Part shown: piece by piece, positions 58,437 to 64,000 of the stretch | How the letters are laid out: the number at the start of each line of letters is the position of its first letter | Numbering within the stretch: the stretch's first letter is position 1 | Origin: Candidatus Thorarchaeota archaeon | GTDB lineage: Archaea > Asgardarchaeota > Thorarchaeia > Thorarchaeales > Thorarchaeaceae | Length of the DNA stretch: 64,000 nucleotides | Direction: 5' to 3' | Assembly (NCBI GenBank): GCA_046482545.1 | Contig: JAWOEX010000010.1 | Span: 96,001 to 160,000, forward strand | Notes under the pieces: generated by a model | Seen by the model: only the letters and a program-made list of their open reading frames with translations | Databases searched by the model: none | Told to the model about the DNA's origin: nothing | Position numbers and translations under genes: made by a program

Positions 58437-59685
58437 TTGAAAGTCCCTCTTCGAAAGGCAGGTATTGAGCAACGAACACACTCAAATCATCGACATCAAT
58501 GGACGAGCCACTTTTGAAAAGTCGCGCCTCCAGTTGAGCAGTACAAAGCGGACATGGAGTGACGACTCGGTCGGCATCGGTCTGTTCTATGCAGTCTATA
58601 TTCCCCTGTGTGACGGCATCAGCAACATCACCAGAATGATACGCGACAAGACCACCTCCTCCACAGCACGAGTCTTCAGCTTCTGAAAGAGAAATATCTA
58701 CACCCGGGAGACAATCAAGAATTTCCAAAGCTTCTTGCATAAGCTGTCTCGAGGTATGTCGAATAAGATGGCATGGATCATGCACAGTCACAACAAGTCT
58801 GCTTCTTCGCGTTTCTTTCGTTGTGTTTTCTCTTAGCTTATCGAGACCGATGACTTCAGTCAGATACTCAACGAGATGATAGACCGGTATGCCCCAGTGA
58901 TCGCGAGATGCCAGATAGGATAGGTTGGATGTGCACCCTGCACAAGTGGTAACAATCTTTTCAATGCCAAGATTATCGATTTTTGCCTTTAGTTCATCAG
59001 CTAGTTCTCGGGCGGTCATATCATCTCCCATCAACCTAGACGGAAGACCACAGCAACTCAATTCACCAAGTAACGTGTAGTCTACTTCAAAAAACTCGAG
59101 AACCGCCTTGCCAGCTTCTTTCACTTCTTGAGCTATTTCTTCAGCTTGGCAACCGGGATAGAAAAGAACTCCAGCGTCTTTCACAACACGGTCTGGAATG
59201 GCCGGTAATCCAAAGCGCTCTCGCCTCATATCGCGGCTTGCTTTTCTCTCTTCTTCGTCATCCCATGGCTCGAAAGCAAGATGATGCTCCAAGATGATTT
59301 CACGTACAACGTGAAGCCCTTTTGGCACTAAATCTGGCCGATGCTCGAAAATTCTAGCTCTAATGATGTTGACAATTTCAGGGATATTGACGTTCTTTGG
59401 ACATACCTCACGGCAAGTTCCGCAGCCTGTGCAAAGATAAACCATGTCACCAGTACTCCAGAATTCAGGAGATGATCTGCTCAGCTCCACAGCAATACTC
59501 CGAGGGCCAGAGAAGCGATTGACTCCTACTGCTGCAACAACCGGGCAATGATTAATACAAGTGCCACAATTTATGCAGTTCTCAATGCTTGATATAATGT
59601 CGAGTTCATCCGGTTTAAAGGGCGATATGCCCTCTTCCTGCAGGGACTCCTGAACAGTTTCATACGCTTCTTCCTCACTCATCAT
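58429..59685 (-). CDS. glpC: Anaerobic glycerol-3-phosphate dehydrogenase subunit C-like
   Basis: Two CxxCxxCxxxCP motifs plus CCG domains; ATGA overlap with the glpB stop. Confidence 0.8.
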   Translation of the reverse strand: MMSEEEAYETVQESLQEEGISPFKPDELDIISSIENCINCGTCINHCPVVAAVGVNRFSGPRSIAVELSRSSPEFWSTGDMVYLCTGCGTCREVCPKNVNIPEIVNIIRARIFEHRPDLVPKGLHVVREIILEHHLAFEPWDDEEERKASRDMRRERFGLPAIPDRVVKDAGVLFYPGCQAEEIAQEVKEAGKAVLEFFEVDYTLLGELSCCGLPSRLMGDDMTARELADELKAKIDNLGIEKIVTTCAGCTSNLSYLASRDHWGIPVYHLVEYLTEVIGLDKLRENTTKETRRSRLVVTVHDPCHLIRHTSRQLMQEALEILDCLPGVDISLSEAEDSCCGGGGLVAYHSGDVADAVTQGNIDCIEQTDADRVVTPCPLCTAQLEARLFKSGSSIDVDDLSVFVAQYLPFEEGLSND

Positions 59686-61055
59686 TCTGCACCTTCTAGA
59701 TATTGGGCCACTTGCTTCCCTGCAACATACCCAGACAATAGAGCAACTCCCAAGCCGCTTTTCTCCGTCGGATATCTGTAGCCTGCGATGACAGAACCAG
59801 CACAGAAGAAATTCTTTCCCACCGGTTTTCCGTTTCTTCCAACAGGTTTCAAAGAGCTGTCGACAGGAACACCACATCCGTACAGGGCATGGCCTTCTTC
59901 AGAAACCGCCACACGCTTTGTGAGTTCTCTCGGAGGTGTGTGGCTTGCCGACTCGTATTTTTCTGTTACAACGGGTATATCGAAAACTGTCTCGCTAAGG
60001 CCATCTTTATCACCAGCTATTCCACCGCCGATGAATTTCCCAGTCGCCAGCACAATTGCCTTTGTCTCTATACTGAGCGATCTAGCTGGTCCACTGATCT
60101 CAATTGAACGAAGATTTGACTCTTCGAACGATTTAGGTTTACATTCATAACCAATCATCAATGAGCCTCCACTTTTCTTGAACATCTCATCAAGGGACCG
60201 CTGAAGGCGCATTCCGGGTACAGAAGGCGGCAGAGCTAACAATTCGAGAACAGTAGCATCCGTAGCTTCTTCCATGTTTCTACGAATCTTATGAGGGTGC
60301 TTCAGTCCTAAAACAGACGGGAAGGCTATGTGAGTGGCACCCACAGACTCAGCTTCGTGAGTCAATTCATTAAGCATAGGCTCTAATCCGTCACCCCCAT
60401 GGTCGAAATGACGTGCTAATCCAATGGAGGAGATATTCTGTTTCGAGCCATGTGGAGAGACAGATAACTCACAATGAGCGACCTTTTGCGGCGGGATCTG
60501 ACCTGACAGCTGATTATCAACGAAGGTACGAGCCGCCACTTCAGCATCGAAATCTTGGTGACCTGAAAAGCCAGCAAAAAGAAGACAGCTATCAGAATCA
60601 GACATAAGATTACCTGGATTCATACCCTTCTGGACAAGACAAGTTGGTTTCGTCGTGCCCAGCATCGTAATAGCTTCGAAGTTGTTGTTAAGTGAGCCAT
60701 GTAGGGCCGCAGGTGATTTCTGGAGGCGATTCTTGAGGTAAGATATAGCTTCAGCAATACGGTAATTCGATTGATTGGATTCCTCACGGACAGCAGAAGA
60801 TACGTCTTCGAGGAATCCATAGGGATGAAAAGCGTGTGTACCAGCCAATGAAATCATCCCTTCGATTGGAGAAGAAAAAGGAAAACATGATTCCGGCATG
60901 TAGCCAGCAACATCAATGGCTCCCGATGAATATGCAGTTGCACTCTGTCCTTTCCTGAGTGCTACAACATCAAAGTCTGATTCTGCTGCGATGCTACCTG
61001 CAACTAAGCCGGCCATACCGCCTCCAATAACTACGAGATCACAGTCAAAATCCAT
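59682..61055 (-). CDS. glpB: Anaerobic glycerol-3-phosphate dehydrogenase subunit B
   Basis: GGGMAG, SATAYSSGAID, PPSVPGMRL, LATGKFIGGG and SGLGVA motifs. Confidence 0.88.
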   Translation of the reverse strand: MDFDCDLVVIGGGMAGLVAGSIAAESDFDVVALRKGQSATAYSSGAIDVAGYMPESCFPFSSPIEGMISLAGTHAFHPYGFLEDVSSAVREESNQSNYRIAEAISYLKNRLQKSPAALHGSLNNNFEAITMLGTTKPTCLVQKGMNPGNLMSDSDSCLLFAGFSGHQDFDAEVAARTFVDNQLSGQIPPQKVAHCELSVSPHGSKQNISSIGLARHFDHGGDGLEPMLNELTHEAESVGATHIAFPSVLGLKHPHKIRRNMEEATDATVLELLALPPSVPGMRLQRSLDEMFKKSGGSLMIGYECKPKSFEESNLRSIEISGPARSLSIETKAIVLATGKFIGGGIAGDKDGLSETVFDIPVVTEKYESASHTPPRELTKRVAVSEEGHALYGCGVPVDSSLKPVGRNGKPVGKNFFCAGSVIAGYRYPTEKSGLGVALLSGYVAGKQVAQYLEGAE

Positions 61056-62710
61056 CAGCACATTCCCTCCCATGGCTTTCGCCGATATTCAACATCTGAT
61101 CGGTCAATATTGCCCACACACGAGTATATGCCATGAACCAGCTCTTCCTGACTGAGCTGCTGTCCTCTCAAGGAAGGGCGTTTTCCCTTCCATCGTTCAG
61201 CCAAGTAATCCATGATTTCGAGTTGATGGTCGATACCGGACCAGTCCAGTTCCTTGGTAAGAATGGCTGAAGCTTTGTATGTGCAGAAGGTGCCTTGACA
61301 CGGGCCTGTGCCCAGTCGCACGCGTCTTCGCAAATCATTCAAAGAGCGGGGAAACTCTTCCTGAATAGAGTATCTAAGTTCGGCTTCCATGACCGGCTCG
61401 CATGTGCAGACAGTTGTCTTCCACTCGGGATGTGCATCCGCAAGCTCTAACACTTGCTCCGTTTCTGTCCCTCGTCTGGCTCGCATCCGCTCCACCGTAT
61501 GTTGGGAGACACCATATTCCTTAGCCAATGCCAGTACGTCAACATCGTCCGCCATCCCTGGCAAAGCTCCTGAATGGGTAGTGCATTCTCTGTCCAGTCC
61601 TAGTTTTTCGCAAACTAGGTCTGTAACAGCTTCTGCCATGTGACGACACATTACGAGTTTACCACCGGTGAAACTGAAAATCCCAGCAGCTCCTTCATCT
61701 TCATGGTCGATAATCTCATACCCACGGGTCACATCGCCTTCCGGTTTTTTCCAGTCAGCTACCAAAGGACGGACACCTTCCATCGTCCGAATTATCCGTG
61801 CATCGCGAATGGACGGAACGACCCACTCCATGCTTTTGAGTAGGTATTCAATCTCATCATGAGTGGCGACAAGCTTGTCAGGATCCTCCCATGTGTCGAG
61901 AGCGGTCGTTCCCAACAATGCTGTGTTCTCGTGAGGAAATAGGTAAATCAAGCGTCCGTCCACAGCCTTTGCTATTATGCCTACGTTCACAATCCGTCTG
62001 TCAAGAATGACGTGTGCTCCTTTGTTTGGTCTGAGATCCACATTTGCTGAAGCCATGTCCGCAACTTCAGTAGCCCATGGGCCTGAGGCGTTTACAATGC
62101 ATTTTGCAGTAACAGATTGAGTTTCTCGGGACACTCTATCAAAGAAAGTAACTCGGTTTCCATCTTCAGCCAAGGTTTCAATGTCATGTACTTCGCAATA
62201 TGTCCGGACTGATGCACCGTTCCGTTTTGCATCTATAGCTTGTAGAAGACATAACCGGAAAGGATCAATAAAGTATTCTTCAAAATAAATTGATGCGATT
62301 ATATCCGAATTCAGTTTCGGTTCTATCTTGAGTGCATCTTCGGGAGTCAAGAAAAGAACAGGTGGAACGTCTCTCGTTTCAGCTCGCTTCGAATATTCTT
62401 CTGCAAAGTTCCCACCCGTGGAGACATCGCTCATTTTCATCAACGGAGTCAGGATTGGATTCTTCATGATAAGATGCCTTGCGATTCGTTTGAAGTGCAC
62501 AACTTCTTCAGAACACATATCCACAATCTCAGGCTCATCCATATACTTGAGACCTGAGGAAATCATCCCTGCACAAGTTCCAACGGTTGCAGAAGCGATA
62601 TCGTCCCGTTCCAGTAGGAGCGTCTCAAGCCCTCTCATGGCACAGTCGCGTGCCACAGCTGTTCCGGTACTGCCGCCACCAATGACAACAACGTCATAAT
62701 CGTAGGTCAT
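61055..62710 (-). CDS. glpA: Anaerobic glycerol-3-phosphate dehydrogenase subunit A
   Basis: GGGSTG..ARDCAMRG, GVRPL, GGKL; BFD-like CTCE...R.R.GTGPCQG.FC. Confidence 0.9.
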   Translation of the reverse strand: MTYDYDVVVIGGGSTGTAVARDCAMRGLETLLLERDDIASATVGTCAGMISSGLKYMDEPEIVDMCSEEVVHFKRIARHLIMKNPILTPLMKMSDVSTGGNFAEEYSKRAETRDVPPVLFLTPEDALKIEPKLNSDIIASIYFEEYFIDPFRLCLLQAIDAKRNGASVRTYCEVHDIETLAEDGNRVTFFDRVSRETQSVTAKCIVNASGPWATEVADMASANVDLRPNKGAHVILDRRIVNVGIIAKAVDGRLIYLFPHENTALLGTTALDTWEDPDKLVATHDEIEYLLKSMEWVVPSIRDARIIRTMEGVRPLVADWKKPEGDVTRGYEIIDHEDEGAAGIFSFTGGKLVMCRHMAEAVTDLVCEKLGLDRECTTHSGALPGMADDVDVLALAKEYGVSQHTVERMRARRGTETEQVLELADAHPEWKTTVCTCEPVMEAELRYSIQEEFPRSLNDLRRRVRLGTGPCQGTFCTYKASAILTKELDWSGIDHQLEIMDYLAERWKGKRPSLRGQQLSQEELVHGIYSCVGNIDRSDVEYRRKPWEGMC

Positions 62711-62807
62711 TCTTGCTCATGTCTCCAGCTTCGGAGTCTTATTTGGATTAGCAAAGGTCCCTGTCCCTTAATAGATACAAGACTTTCGAAATGTCGAACA
62801 TTCTAAA

Positions 62808-64000
62808 CTATGAAATCAACTCGAGGATTTCGTCCATCTCTGCCATCATCAGCTTGTTGAACGTGGCAAAGCGCTGCATGTATACCTCCACGTGTTCAGA
62901 GATTGGTTCTCTGCGCTCATCAATGTGAAACATGTTGTCGACTGCTTCTTCATAGGAGCTGTAGAGCTTTGTTCCGACAGCACCAAGCATTGCAGCACCA
63001 ATGACTGTTGAATCACGAGACCTTGGAAGAACGGTTTCCTTGTTTGTGCAGTCTGCCTGTATTTGCCGCCACAAAGGTGAATTAGCTCCACCACCATCGA
63101 TTCTAAGCTCATCAAATTCTAGCTCAAGCATACCTTCCATCATTTGCACATACGATTGGATGCCGTAACCATTGGCCTCCATAATGGCACGAGCCACATG
63201 AGCCCGAGTATGATTGAAGCCGAAATTGTAGAAAATGCCCTTCTGGTACGCCATGAAAGGAAACACAACTAGTCCATCACTGCCAGCTGGGACAGACTCA
63301 GCGGTTTCGCAGATAAGCTCGTATACATCTTGATCTGTTTTATCGGCTAGACGGCGTTCCCTCTCACAGAACTGGTCGCGGTACCATCGAAAAGCGAGAC
63401 CGGTACCTGGAATAACTCCCTCAAGAATCCACTCGCCAGGTATCGCCGAAGGGTTACTGAACATTACGTACGAATCCTCGATGAAACTGTCAGTTGGTGT
63501 GGCAACGAAAGTCCCTGTGCCAGTTGTGGCTTTGACTAGACCCGATTTGATGGTGCCTGTCCCCAAAGCCGAACACTGCTGGTCTCCACTTCCCATTATG
63601 ACAGGGGTTCCTTTCTTAAGGGAAGTTCGCTTTTCAACAGAAGCTGAAATCTCTCCTATGAAGGTGCCAGGTACAACAATCTCCACAAGCTTCGATTGAG
63701 GTATCCCGGTTTCCTCGCAAAGCTCATCAGACCATTCAAGTGTGTCGTGGTCAATGGGGCCGTATCGTGCGTTAGCAGGTTCACTTACCATTCTTCCGCA
63801 CAGCTTGCTGTTGATGTATGCATCGAGATGCGCGAACTTAGTAGCCTTTTCGAAAATCTCAGGCTCATTTTGTTTGAACCAGAGGATCTTGTTAACGCTC
63901 TTGCGTGGTCCAATCTGGTCAGACATCTCTTTGGCTTTCTTTGAGGATCTATTGTCTACCCATGTGACAGTTGGAGCAAGTGGTTCATGCTCCTTGTCAA
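62808..64000 (-). CDS. FGGY-family carbohydrate kinase (N-terminus outside window)
   Basis: TWVDNR, GSGDQQ, TTGTG, DGGGANS.LW.QI.AD and GAAMLG motifs; reading frame open to the window end. Confidence 0.9.
   Translation of the reverse strand, partial: DKEHEPLAPTVTWVDNRSSKKAKEMSDQIGPRKSVNKILWFKQNEPEIFEKATKFAHLDAYINSKLCGRMVSEPANARYGPIDHDTLEWSDELCEETGIPQSKLVEIVVPGTFIGEISASVEKRTSLKKGTPVIMGSGDQQCSALGTGTIKSGLVKATTGTGTFVATPTDSFIEDSYVMFSNPSAIPGEWILEGVIPGTGLAFRWYRDQFCERERRLADKTDQDVYELICETAESVPAGSDGLVVFPFMAYQKGIFYNFGFNHTRAHVARAIMEANGYGIQSYVQMMEGMLELEFDELRIDGGGANSPLWRQIQADCTNKETVLPRSRDSTVIGAAMLGAVGTKLYSSYEEAVDNMFHIDERREPISEHVEVYMQRFATFNKLMMAEMDEILELIS

Noticed and set aside
59686-59877. N-terminal extension of glpC in the ORF track
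   Set aside because: Overlaps glpB; the ATGA coupling at 59685 is the likelier start
1-64000. CRISPR arrays, IS elements, integrases, rRNA/tRNA genes, in-frame UGA selenoproteins
   Set aside because: No spaced direct repeats, transposase or integrase motifs, RNA gene signatures or interrupted known selenoprotein frames were seen

Overview
Gene-dense window from an Asgard archaeon, most likely Thorarchaeia. This is inferred from a Snf7/ESCRT-III protein, a longin-domain protein, an E2F/DP-like protein, a short histone, PAC2, PDCD5 and archaeal-type housekeeping enzymes. About 55 CDSs cover nucleotide and amino-acid metabolism (gdhA, dcd, prs, udp, surE, thrC-like, serB-like, ArcE-like), a heat-shock pair (Hsp20 plus HTH regulator), a split peptide ABC transporter, two intramembrane proteases (presenilin-like, CPBP) and a long minus-strand operon: FGGY kinase-glpA-glpB-glpC-alkyl-DHAP-synthase-like-CCG Fe-S protein-radical SAM-GNAT-ALDH-RsmB. 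I saw no rRNA, tRNA, CRISPR array or transposase. Highlights: (1) an E2F/DP-type winged-helix plus coiled-coil protein with an intact RRIYD motif; (2) an unannotated ~290-nt GC-rich pseudoknotted intergenic RNA with raiA-motif-like elements; (3) a candidate glycerol-ether-lipid operon; (4) a ChlD-like AAA+/vWA protein with an inserted transmembrane hairpin; (5) a circularly permuted family-5 solute-binding protein; (6) two tandem sRNA-like units. All assignments were made by eye from motifs; no database searches were run.
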